Position numbers and translations under genes: made by a program
Source: an uncultured Gammaproteobacteria bacterium
GTDB taxonomy: Bacteria > Patescibacteriota > Microgenomatia > UBA12405 > JAHJSD01
Length of the DNA: 64,000 bases
Assembly (NCBI GenBank): GCA_964428655.1
Contig: CAYRYE010000001.1
Coordinates: 312,406 to 376,405, forward strand
Direction of reading: 5' to 3'
Part shown: one piece after another, positions 56,438 to 64,000 of the stretch
Position numbering within the stretch: position 1 is the first letter of the stretch
Layout of the letters: every line of letters begins with the position of its first letter
The notes under the pieces: model-generated
The model's input: only the letters and a program-made list of their open reading frames with translations
Told to the model about the DNA's origin: nothing
Database searches by the model: none

Positions 56438-56980
56438 GTGAAAAAGTTTTTACCTTTTATTATTGTTGGAGTGATAATTGTTGTTTCAATATTTGGTTTT
56501 AGGGCTTTTTCTGGGAAAGAAGAGGAAGAAGCTCTTTCTTTATCAGGAACTTTGCCAGAAAGTTCTTCTGGCGGTTCGGCGACAAAGGAATTCAGCGGCA
56601 GCCTTAAGGCAGTTATGGCTTTGGGAGTGCCAATGAAATGTACTTGGAAAAGAGATAATAATTATTTTGGCGCTTCTTGGGTTAAGGGCAAGGATTCTTA
56701 TGGAGAAATTACAATGGAGGGCAGGAACGTAAAAGTGATTTATAAAGATAATTGTATGTGGAATTGGCAAGAGGGCAACAGCCAGGGAATGAAGATGTGT
56801 TTTGATCCAGTTGAAATGGAAAAAATGTTAGAGGGTGAAAGTGTTCAGGGCCAGGATCAGAGTCAAGGAATGCCGGCTGATATTGATTATCGCTGCGCTC
56901 CGGCAGTATTTACCGAGGCTAAGTTTAATCCGCCTGCCGGCGTTAATTTCATGGACCTTGAGGATATGATGGGTCAGTGA
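56438..56980 (+). CDS. Conserved CPR-type exported protein
   Basis: N-terminal TM; KCTW...W.W...G.K...Y.C......F.PP..V.F pattern; SD gggggtg. Confidence 0.65.
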   Translation: MKKFLPFIIVGVIIVVSIFGFRAFSGKEEEEALSLSGTLPESSSGGSATKEFSGSLKAVMALGVPMKCTWKRDNNYFGASWVKGKDSYGEITMEGRNVKVIYKDNCMWNWQEGNSQGMKMCFDPVEMEKMLEGESVQGQDQSQGMPADIDYRCAPAVFTEAKFNPPAGVNFMDLEDMMGQ

Positions 56981-57015
56981 GCGGTTAAAGTTAAAAAGAG
57001 GTGCCAATAGGTTTT

Positions 57016-58098
57016 TTAACGGTACGGCGTCCAATCGGCGATGGGAGCGGTGTTGTAGGTGATAAAATTAATGGCATAGAGATAAATAGCCGGCAGAATA
57101 AGCAGAAATATTATTTTAAACTCTTTCTTTCTTAGAAAGCTGGAAAAGGCAATAATCCAAAAAGGATAAAGAGGAGCTGAATAACGTGAAATATCCCGAT
57201 GGGCTATGAAAATTGTGGCCAAGTAAAAGACAGTTGGGAAAAGCGCGATAATATCGGTTTTGTATTTTTTAATTAGATAAACAACGGCCAAACCTCCAAG
57301 CAGATAAATATAGATAATGTCTTCCAGCCAAAAGTCTCCCAGCCAAGAACGAGAACTGATAAAAGTTTGGAATGGAGTAAAGGTCAGATGGAAATTATCG
57401 CCTGAATGAAAATAGGCCCAGAAGTTGCCGGCTTGTTGTCTAAACAACCAGAAGATCGGCAAAACAGCTAAAGGGCCTAGAAATAATGGCCATTTTTTGA
57501 ACCATTTTTTAATTTGAAACTTATCATGTATTAATATATGCAAACCAAAGGCAACAGATAATAAAATGGCCGGGGTTTTTATTGTTTGGGCGATTGCCAA
57601 GAATATTCCTGACCATAAGAATTTATTTTTTCTAAAAAAGAGGATTGATAAAAGTATTGTGCTTGTGAATAAAGCTTCTGGAGACCCCACGCTTCTCAAG
57701 ATAAAATTTCTGGCTGGCAAGAAGAGTGAAATAGTTGATAACCAAAAAGAATTTTTAATTTTCAATTGATTGAGAAGCAGATAAAAAGCAGTGACCGTGA
57801 TCCCAGCGCCAATTAAATTAACTAACAGCATTGCCCACCAGCCGGGTAAAAATTTGTCGAAGATAGAAATCAGAAAAGAATAGCCGGGAAAATGAGCGGG
57901 ATAGTATTCAAGAGGCAGGGGAAGAGAGAAGTTTTTCCCGATGCAATCTTTGTTATACCAGCATTTAGCGATGATAATATAATTAGGGCCGTCGTAATTA
58001 GAGAAAATTTTATCCATCCGCTTTGCCTGATTAAAAGGAAGCCAGACTAAAACAGTAGAACTAATGGTAATTAACCAAAGAAAAAGGATTTTTTTCAC
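57016..58098 (-). CDS. GT-C fold membrane glycosyltransferase (PIG-V/mannosyltransferase-like)
   Basis: YDGPNY, AHFPGY, SPE.LF, multi-TM. Confidence 0.7.
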   Translation of the reverse strand: MKKILFLWLITISSTVLVWLPFNQAKRMDKIFSNYDGPNYIIIAKCWYNKDCIGKNFSLPLPLEYYPAHFPGYSFLISIFDKFLPGWWAMLLVNLIGAGITVTAFYLLLNQLKIKNSFWLSTISLFLPARNFILRSVGSPEALFTSTILLSILFFRKNKFLWSGIFLAIAQTIKTPAILLSVAFGLHILIHDKFQIKKWFKKWPLFLGPLAVLPIFWLFRQQAGNFWAYFHSGDNFHLTFTPFQTFISSRSWLGDFWLEDIIYIYLLGGLAVVYLIKKYKTDIIALFPTVFYLATIFIAHRDISRYSAPLYPFWIIAFSSFLRKKEFKIIFLLILPAIYLYAINFITYNTAPIADWTPYR

Positions 58099-58120
58099 GC
58101 CTTATGTATGATAACATAAC

Positions 58121-58153
58121 TAGTAGTTAGTGGTTAGTGGCTAGTAGTTAGTG
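58121..58153 (+). repeat. Heptamer tandem repeat (TAGTRGY)
   Basis: tagtagt tagtggt tagtggc tagtagt tagtg. Confidence 0.7.
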
Positions 58154-58861
58154 AAAAAACATTTAGTTTCTGAACTTTCGGTTTTCTTTCCTGCTTATAA
58201 TGAGGAAAGAAACATTAAGCAAACAATTTTGGAGGCGATTTTTGTTCTCAGGGAAATTACTCCTAAATGGGAAATTTTGGTGATCAATGATGGTAGTACT
58301 GATAAAACCGGCGAAATTATTGAGGATTTAATCAAAAAACACCCAGAAATTAGAATGGTTAGCCATAAGCCAAATAGAGGTTACGGAGCTGCTTTAAAAG
58401 CTGGTCTTTATGGCTGTCAATATAAATGGATTGCTTTTACTGATGCTGACGGCCAGTTTAATTTTAAAGGAATTTACCACTTTATTGATACTGCCCAGCG
58501 TGAAAAGGCTGATTTGGTGATTGGCTATCGCTTTAAACGACAAGATTCAATAGTGCGGCTTTTTATTGCTTTTTTATTGAAAATTTGGAATTTTGTTTTT
58601 TACCGTATTTGGTATAAGGATGCTGATTGCGGCTTTAAATTAATTAAAAAAGAAGTTATTGATGAAATACCAAAACTGCAAACAGAAAGCGCTATTACTG
58701 AGACTGAATTTTTAATTCAAGCTAAAAAGGCAGGTTTTAAAATTATGGAAATTGGTGTTAAGCACTATCCTAGGATAGGGGGTAAATCAACAGGTGGCGA
58801 TCCTAAGGTTATTTGGAAGGCGGCAAAAGAGAGTTTTAAGTTATGGAAAGTACTCCACTGA
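58151..58861 (+). CDS. GT2 glycosyltransferase (polyprenol-P sugar synthase-like)
   Basis: FFPAYNE, NDGSTD, DADGQF, DADCGFKL. Confidence 0.9.
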   Translation: MKKHLVSELSVFFPAYNEERNIKQTILEAIFVLREITPKWEILVINDGSTDKTGEIIEDLIKKHPEIRMVSHKPNRGYGAALKAGLYGCQYKWIAFTDADGQFNFKGIYHFIDTAQREKADLVIGYRFKRQDSIVRLFIAFLLKIWNFVFYRIWYKDADCGFKLIKKEVIDEIPKLQTESAITETEFLIQAKKAGFKIMEIGVKHYPRIGGKSTGGDPKVIWKAAKESFKLWKVLH

Positions 58862-60345
58862 GAAATCTTAAATCTCAAATCCTGAATCTCAAAAGAATAT
58901 TCTTTAGAGATTTTTTCTTGGTGTTGATTTTACTTTTGGCTGCCTTTTTAAGGCTCTATCGAATTTCTGGCCAGATGGAGTTTTTGGGTGATCAGGGAAG
59001 GGACGTTCTTATCGTTCAGCGTTTTTTAAAAAAAGGCGACTTGATGTTTATTGGGCCCCAAACTTCGATTGGCGGCATGTATTTGGGACCCTGGTATTAC
59101 TACTTAATGGCCCCAGCTCTACTTTTAGCCAATTTTAACCCTGTTGGCCCGTCAATAATGGTGGCCCTAATTGGAGTGGCTACTGTTTGGCTGGCCTATA
59201 AGGTGGGAAAAGAATGGTTCAATAAGGAAACCGGTGTTTTGGCCGCTTTGTTAACAGCCATTTCTCCAGTAATAGTTTATTATTCAATTTTTTCTTGGAA
59301 TCCCAATGTAATGCCTTTTTTTGCCCTTTTATCAATTTGGCTTACTTGGCGAATTTGGCAGAAAAATGAATTCAAAAAACTTCCTTGGCTGGGGTTTTCT
59401 TTGGGGATGGTTTTGAATTCTCACTACTTGGGGCTGCTGCTTCTACCACTGGTTGCTTTTTTTTGGTTCTTAGCTCTGAAAAAAAATTGGCACAAAAAAA
59501 CCCAGAAACACTTCATACTTCATACTTCATACTTCATACTGATTTTGTTTTTCCTAATGTCCCCTCTGATTTTGTTTGACCTAAAGCACGACTTTCTCAA
59601 TTTTAAGGCTTTCAAACAATTTTTTATGATTAGACAAACTACTGTTAATCTTAAATTCTATAAAGGGTTTCTTAAGTTGCCAATAATTGTTAGTCAGCTT
59701 TTTGCTAATTTGTTGGCAGGAAAAGATTATTTGGCAGGCATCTATTGGTTATTGCTTTTTCTGGGTCTTGGAATTTGGAAATTAAGAAAAAATAAAAATC
59801 TGTGGTTTATATTGGCTTGGCTTTTGGTTGGAATTTTGGGGATATCTAATTACAAACAGCATGTTTTTGCCCATTATTTTGGTTTTTTGTGGCCGGTAGC
59901 AGTTTTGTTAGCCGCTTTATTTTTAAAAAAAACTCTTCCTTTTAGTCTGCCAATTATTGCTTACCTTGCTTGGCTGAGTTTATCAAATTGGCACGGTTGG
60001 CAGCCGGCTAATTCTCAGTTAAAACGAGCTAGAGAAGTCTCTGATTTCATTTGTCAACAGACGAAACAAGCTGAAAAATATAATATAGTTAATCTGGCCG
60101 CTTATAATGACTTTAGGGCCATGCCATATCGTTATTTTTTAACAAAGGATTGCCCCCGACCAGTAATGGTCGATACTTCCTATCCTGATGCCCGTTCCCT
60201 TTATGTGGTTCAGGAAGATCCAAGTAAATATCCTGATCCTGTTGGCGCTGATGTTTGGGAAATTCAATCAGGCGGCAATTGGGAAGTTGAGAATGAGTGG
60301 GTGGTATTCGACACTAAGATTTATCGATTAACAAAAAAGGGATGA
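58843..60345 (+). CDS. ArnT/PMT_2 (GT39/83-like) GT-C glycosyltransferase
   Basis: FLGDQGRD, GP.YYY, WNPN, multi-TM. Confidence 0.8.
   Translation: MESTPLRNLKSQILNLKRIFFRDFFLVLILLLAAFLRLYRISGQMEFLGDQGRDVLIVQRFLKKGDLMFIGPQTSIGGMYLGPWYYYLMAPALLLANFNPVGPSIMVALIGVATVWLAYKVGKEWFNKETGVLAALLTAISPVIVYYSIFSWNPNVMPFFALLSIWLTWRIWQKNEFKKLPWLGFSLGMVLNSHYLGLLLLPLVAFFWFLALKKNWHKKTQKHFILHTSYFILILFFLMSPLILFDLKHDFLNFKAFKQFFMIRQTTVNLKFYKGFLKLPIIVSQLFANLLAGKDYLAGIYWLLLFLGLGIWKLRKNKNLWFILAWLLVGILGISNYKQHVFAHYFGFLWPVAVLLAALFLKKTLPFSLPIIAYLAWLSLSNWHGWQPANSQLKRAREVSDFICQQTKQAEKYNIVNLAAYNDFRAMPYRYFLTKDCPRPVMVDTSYPDARSLYVVQEDPSKYPDPVGADVWEIQSGGNWEVENEWVVFDTKIYRLTKKG
59510..59540 (+). repeat. Perfect heptamer tandem repeat (ACTTCAT)4 inside a CDS
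   Basis: acttcat x4 + act, read as HFILHTSYFIL. Confidence 0.85.
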
Positions 60346-61115
60346 AGAAGGTTAAAAATATTTATCTTTCGATTACTATTCCCTGCTATAACGAAAAAGA
60401 GAACTTAAAAAGAGGTGTTTTGAGTGAGGTTTGGAAATATCTTAAGAAACAGGATTATTCTTGGGAGGTAATTGTTTCTGATGATGGTTCTACTGACGGG
60501 AGTTTAAAGCTTGTCAGAAGTTTTGCGCGAAAACACAAGGGCTTCAGGGTCTTAGAAAATAAACACAAAGGCAAGCCTTGGGCGCTTTGGCAGGGAATAA
60601 AAGCAGTTAAAGGAAAGTATATTTTGTTTGCCGATATGGATCAATCAACTCCGATTGATCAGCTTGGTAAGCTTCTTTCTTGGTTGAAAAAGGGGCATGA
60701 AGTGGTGATTGGCTCAAGGGGAATAGAGCGAAAGAATTTCCCTTTTTTTCGCAAAATTGGAGCAGCGGTTTTTAGAAATTTCAGGAAATCACTTCTTTTG
60801 CCACAAATAAACGATACCCAGTGCGGATTTAAATTGTTTAAAACTAAGGTGGCAAAGGAGATTTTTCCTAAATTGGAAGTTTTGAAAAAACATGGTTCCG
60901 GCTGGACAGTTACTTCGTACGATGTCGAACTCTTGTTTATTATTGATAAGTTGGGCATTAAGATAAAAGAAGCGATTGTTGATTGGGAGGATAGGGATGT
61001 AAGTTTAGGGAAGGGAAAAAGTTATATTGCCAGGTATTTTAAAGAATCAAAAGAAATGTTTGGGCAAATTTTGAAAGTCAAACTAAATGATTGGCAGGGG
61101 AAATATGATGAATAA
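60342..61115 (+). CDS. GT2 (ALG5/dolichyl-P glucosyltransferase-like)
   Basis: IPCYNE, DDGSTD, DMDQSTP, DTQCGFKLF, YDVELL. Confidence 0.88.
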   Translation: MKKVKNIYLSITIPCYNEKENLKRGVLSEVWKYLKKQDYSWEVIVSDDGSTDGSLKLVRSFARKHKGFRVLENKHKGKPWALWQGIKAVKGKYILFADMDQSTPIDQLGKLLSWLKKGHEVVIGSRGIERKNFPFFRKIGAAVFRNFRKSLLLPQINDTQCGFKLFKTKVAKEIFPKLEVLKKHGSGWTVTSYDVELLFIIDKLGIKIKEAIVDWEDRDVSLGKGKSYIARYFKESKEMFGQILKVKLNDWQGKYDE

Positions 61116-62631
61116 AAAAATTACAATTGGTAATTTCCAGTTTGCCGTTTACCATCTTTTTATTTTCCTTCTCATTATCTTTCTCTACTTTTTTACTCGT
61201 CTTTATCATTTGACTGCTTTGCCGGTTTTTTGCGATGAGGCGATCTATGTTCGCTGGGCCCAAATTATGAAAAATGAGCCTAGTTTGAGATTTTTGCCTC
61301 TTCAGGATGGTAAACAGCCGCTTTTCATGTGGCTGGTGATACCGGCTCTGGAGATATTTCATGATCCGCTTCTTGCCGGACGGATGGTTTCTGTTTTTGC
61401 CGGTTTAGCCACTTTGATAGGCATGGTTGTTTTACCGATTATCATGAATCGATTCATCGCAATTGGTTTGATGAGCGGATTATTGTATGTTTTAGCGCCG
61501 TTTACTTTATTTTTTGACAGAATGGCTTTAGTTGATAGTCTCCTTTCCGCTTTTGGGATTTGGTCTTTGATTTTGGCAATATTGCTGGGCCGGTACAGAA
61601 GGCTTGATTTGGCGATGATTTTGGGAATGATATTGGGTGGAGCAATGCTGACTAAAAGTCCTGGTCTTTTATTTTTGGCCATGAGCTTGCCAGTCTCTTT
61701 TATATTTATGATTAAAGGAAAAGAGAAAAAAGATAGTTTTTTCCTTTGGGGATTAAAGAGCCTTAGTTTATTGGGGATCAGTTTGTTTTTTGCCTTCGGG
61801 ATTTATAATATTCTTCGTCTGGGGCCAAGTTTTCACATGATTGCCATTAGAAACAAAGACTATGTCTGGCCAATTGCGGAAATAATTAAACATCCCCTAG
61901 ATCCTTTAAAGCCTCATATTAAAGATGTTCTCCGTTACTATTGGCATTATTTAACTCCCCCTTTTATAATCTTGGGGTTGATAGGAATTTTATCAGTTAA
62001 AAAAGATCTTATTTTTCTTTTATTAATTAGCTGGTGGCTTTTGCCTTTATTGGGACAGAGCGTTTTTGCCAGGGTTTTTACTGCTCGGTATATTTTATTC
62101 AGCCTTCCCGTTTTTCTGTTTTTTATTGCTGTTTTCACTGCCAGAATTTGGGATTTTGCTAGGGAAAAGGTGGGTAAACTGGCCTATCTTCTTCTTTTTC
62201 TTTTAATCCCGGCATTATCTTTTAATTGGCGGCTTTGGCGTGATCCGGTTAAAGCCCCATTGCCTAAAGATGAACGGGCTGGTTATTTGGAAGATTGGAC
62301 TGCCGGACAAGGGATAAGGGAGATAGCCGATTATTTGAAAAAAGCGCCAAGAGAGCAGGGGATTGTTGTGGGAACAGAAGGCCATTTTGGCACTCTGCCT
62401 GATGGTTTACAGATTTATCTTGAGGGAGAAAAAGATATTACCGTCCTCGGCATTGGGCATCCAGTCAATAAAGTGGCTGATCCCTTGGTTGGATCCAGAA
62501 AAGCAGAGAATAAGGTTTATTTGGTTGTTAATCAAAGCAGGTTTCAAATGATTGACAAAAATGAACTGAGTTTAATTAAAGGATATGAAAAACCAGGAGG
62601 AGATAAGTTGTTATTTTTTGAAGTTCTATGA
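61105..62631 (+). CDS. ArnT/PMT_2-like GT-C glycosyltransferase
   Basis: FCDEAIY, GKQPLF.W, DRMAL.D, multi-TM. Confidence 0.8.
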   Translation: MMNKKITIGNFQFAVYHLFIFLLIIFLYFFTRLYHLTALPVFCDEAIYVRWAQIMKNEPSLRFLPLQDGKQPLFMWLVIPALEIFHDPLLAGRMVSVFAGLATLIGMVVLPIIMNRFIAIGLMSGLLYVLAPFTLFFDRMALVDSLLSAFGIWSLILAILLGRYRRLDLAMILGMILGGAMLTKSPGLLFLAMSLPVSFIFMIKGKEKKDSFFLWGLKSLSLLGISLFFAFGIYNILRLGPSFHMIAIRNKDYVWPIAEIIKHPLDPLKPHIKDVLRYYWHYLTPPFIILGLIGILSVKKDLIFLLLISWWLLPLLGQSVFARVFTARYILFSLPVFLFFIAVFTARIWDFAREKVGKLAYLLLFLLIPALSFNWRLWRDPVKAPLPKDERAGYLEDWTAGQGIREIADYLKKAPREQGIVVGTEGHFGTLPDGLQIYLEGEKDITVLGIGHPVNKVADPLVGSRKAENKVYLVVNQSRFQMIDKNELSLIKGYEKPGGDKLLFFEVL

Positions 62632-64000
62632 AAAAGATTGCTCTGATTTTAGTTTTATTTTCTGCTCTTCTAGCTTCCCGCTGGCTATTTAAGCCTGGCT
62701 ATTTTTTAATGCATGATGATCTCCAAATGATGAGACAGCTTCAGATGGAAAAATGTTGGCAGGATAGGCAGATACCTTGCCGCTGGGTGCCTGATATGGG
62801 TTTTGGCTACGGTTATCCGCTTTTTAATTTTTATCCCCCCCTTCCTTATTATATTGGTCAAATATTTCGCTGGCTGGGATTTAGTTTTGTCGCCACTGTT
62901 AAATTAGTTTTTGCGCTTCAATTTTTTCTTTCAGGCGTAGCAATGTTTATACTTGCCTCGGATTTATGGGGGATTTCGGGAGGATTATTAAGCAGTGTTT
63001 TCTATATCTGGGCGCCTTACCACTCTGTTGATGTTTATGTTCGCGGGGCGATGAATGAGGCTTGGGCTTTTATTTGGTTTCCTTTGATTTTTTGGGCGGC
63101 TAAGAAAATGATTGAAAAAGTTGATCTTAAATACTTATCTTGGTTGAGTTTTTCCTATGCCATGCTTTTTTTAACTCATAATGTGATGGCAATGATATTC
63201 ACCCCGGCAGTATTGGCTTGGATTTTGTACTGGATGGTTAAGGAGAAAAAACTGCCTTGGCAGGATTGGAAATTATTAGGCAGGTTTGTTCTATCCGGAT
63301 TCTGGGCTTTAGGATTAGCGGCTTTTTTTACTTTACCGATGTTTTTCGAAAAAAAATACGCTCAGGTTGAAACAATGTTCTCTGGTTACTTTGATTGGCG
63401 GGCCCACTTTGTTTCTTTGAGACAGCTTTTTATTTCCCGCTTTTGGGGCTGGGGGCCATCAGTTTGGGGGCTTGATGATGGCATGCCCTTTCCGGTTGGC
63501 CATATTCACTGGGTATTAGGCTTGATAATCATTTTAGTAGTTTTTTATAAGGTTCTTAGATCAAAGATCGTAAATTATAAATCAGTGTTGCTTTTTGGTT
63601 TCTTTTTTACCGCCTTAGCTTACACTTTTTTAGCTCATCAGAGATCTGTATTTATTTGGAAAATTATTAAGCCTCTTCAGTTAGCTCAGTTTTCTTGGCG
63701 GCTTTTAGCAGGGACAGTTTTCTTTTTTTCTCTGTTGGCAGGAGCAGTTTGTTTGTTTTTGAAGAAGCGATGGCTGGTCTTCGCTCTTTTAGTTTTAGTT
63801 ATTGGCTGGAACTGGAATTTTTTCAAACCCGGATGGATGGGGCCGGTGACTGATGAAGAAAAGTTTTCCGACAAAGCGTGGGAGCTGCAGCAAACGGCGG
63901 GTATTTATGATTACCTTCCTAAAACAGCCAGCAAAGCGCCTACGTCTGCTCCCGAAGGAGATTGGTTGTTTTTGGAAGGTGAGGTTGAGAATGGGGAGGT
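62628..64000 (+). CDS. PTPS-related/YfhO-like GT-C membrane protein (3'-truncated by the window)
   Basis: ATG overlapping the previous stop; MHDD..RWVPDMGFGYGYPLFNFYPPL, YVRGAMNE, QFSWR. Confidence 0.8.
   Translation, partial: MKKIALILVLFSALLASRWLFKPGYFLMHDDLQMMRQLQMEKCWQDRQIPCRWVPDMGFGYGYPLFNFYPPLPYYIGQIFRWLGFSFVATVKLVFALQFFLSGVAMFILASDLWGISGGLLSSVFYIWAPYHSVDVYVRGAMNEAWAFIWFPLIFWAAKKMIEKVDLKYLSWLSFSYAMLFLTHNVMAMIFTPAVLAWILYWMVKEKKLPWQDWKLLGRFVLSGFWALGLAAFFTLPMFFEKKYAQVETMFSGYFDWRAHFVSLRQLFISRFWGWGPSVWGLDDGMPFPVGHIHWVLGLIIILVVFYKVLRSKIVNYKSVLLFGFFFTALAYTFLAHQRSVFIWKIIKPLQLAQFSWRLLAGTVFFFSLLAGAVCLFLKKRWLVFALLVLVIGWNWNFFKPGWMGPVTDEEKFSDKAWELQQTAGIYDYLPKTASKAPTSAPEGDWLFLEGEVENGE

Noticed and set aside
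1-64000. Alternative genetic code (TGA=Gly) and many short antisense ORFs in the ORF track
   Set aside because: TGA terminates conserved genes at expected positions; antisense ORFs shadow well-supported genes

Overview
A 64-kb chromosomal window of an AT-rich, gene-dense bacterium using genetic code 11 (TGA = stop). Gene content and style suggest a CPR/Patescibacteria genome, probably Microgenomates; this is an inference. The housekeeping backbone comprises a gldA/F/G-type ABC operon, era, lon, greA, lysS, serS, secA, prfB, ftsEX plus an M23 protein, trmD, the tsa genes, HIT, ogt and a large GT2/GT-C glycosylation cluster. Three accessory zones interrupt it: (i) ~20.8-26.7 kb, with a frameshifted archaeal/eukaryote-type proS, a HEPN-motif gene and orphan recombinase-tail-like scars; (ii) ~36.8-42.6 kb, an integron-type cassette array with four attC-like sites and no integrase in the window; (iii) ~52.5-56.2 kb, a deacetylase/GNAT/ATP-grasp/YdcF operon. 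The best candidate for an undescribed system is a translationally coupled operon of a cobalamin-binding radical SAM gene, a TsaC-TsaE fusion and TsaD. It could encode hypermodification of t6A, for example C-methylation to hn6A. Other highlights are a LysRS fused to a B3/4 editing domain, a leader-peptide attenuator before greA, a circularly permuted M23 domain, a TasA/SipW fibre operon and a PAP2 phosphatase-isoprenoid kinase fusion. No tRNA, rRNA or CRISPR array was recognised. All family assignments come from motif recognition by eye, not from database searches.
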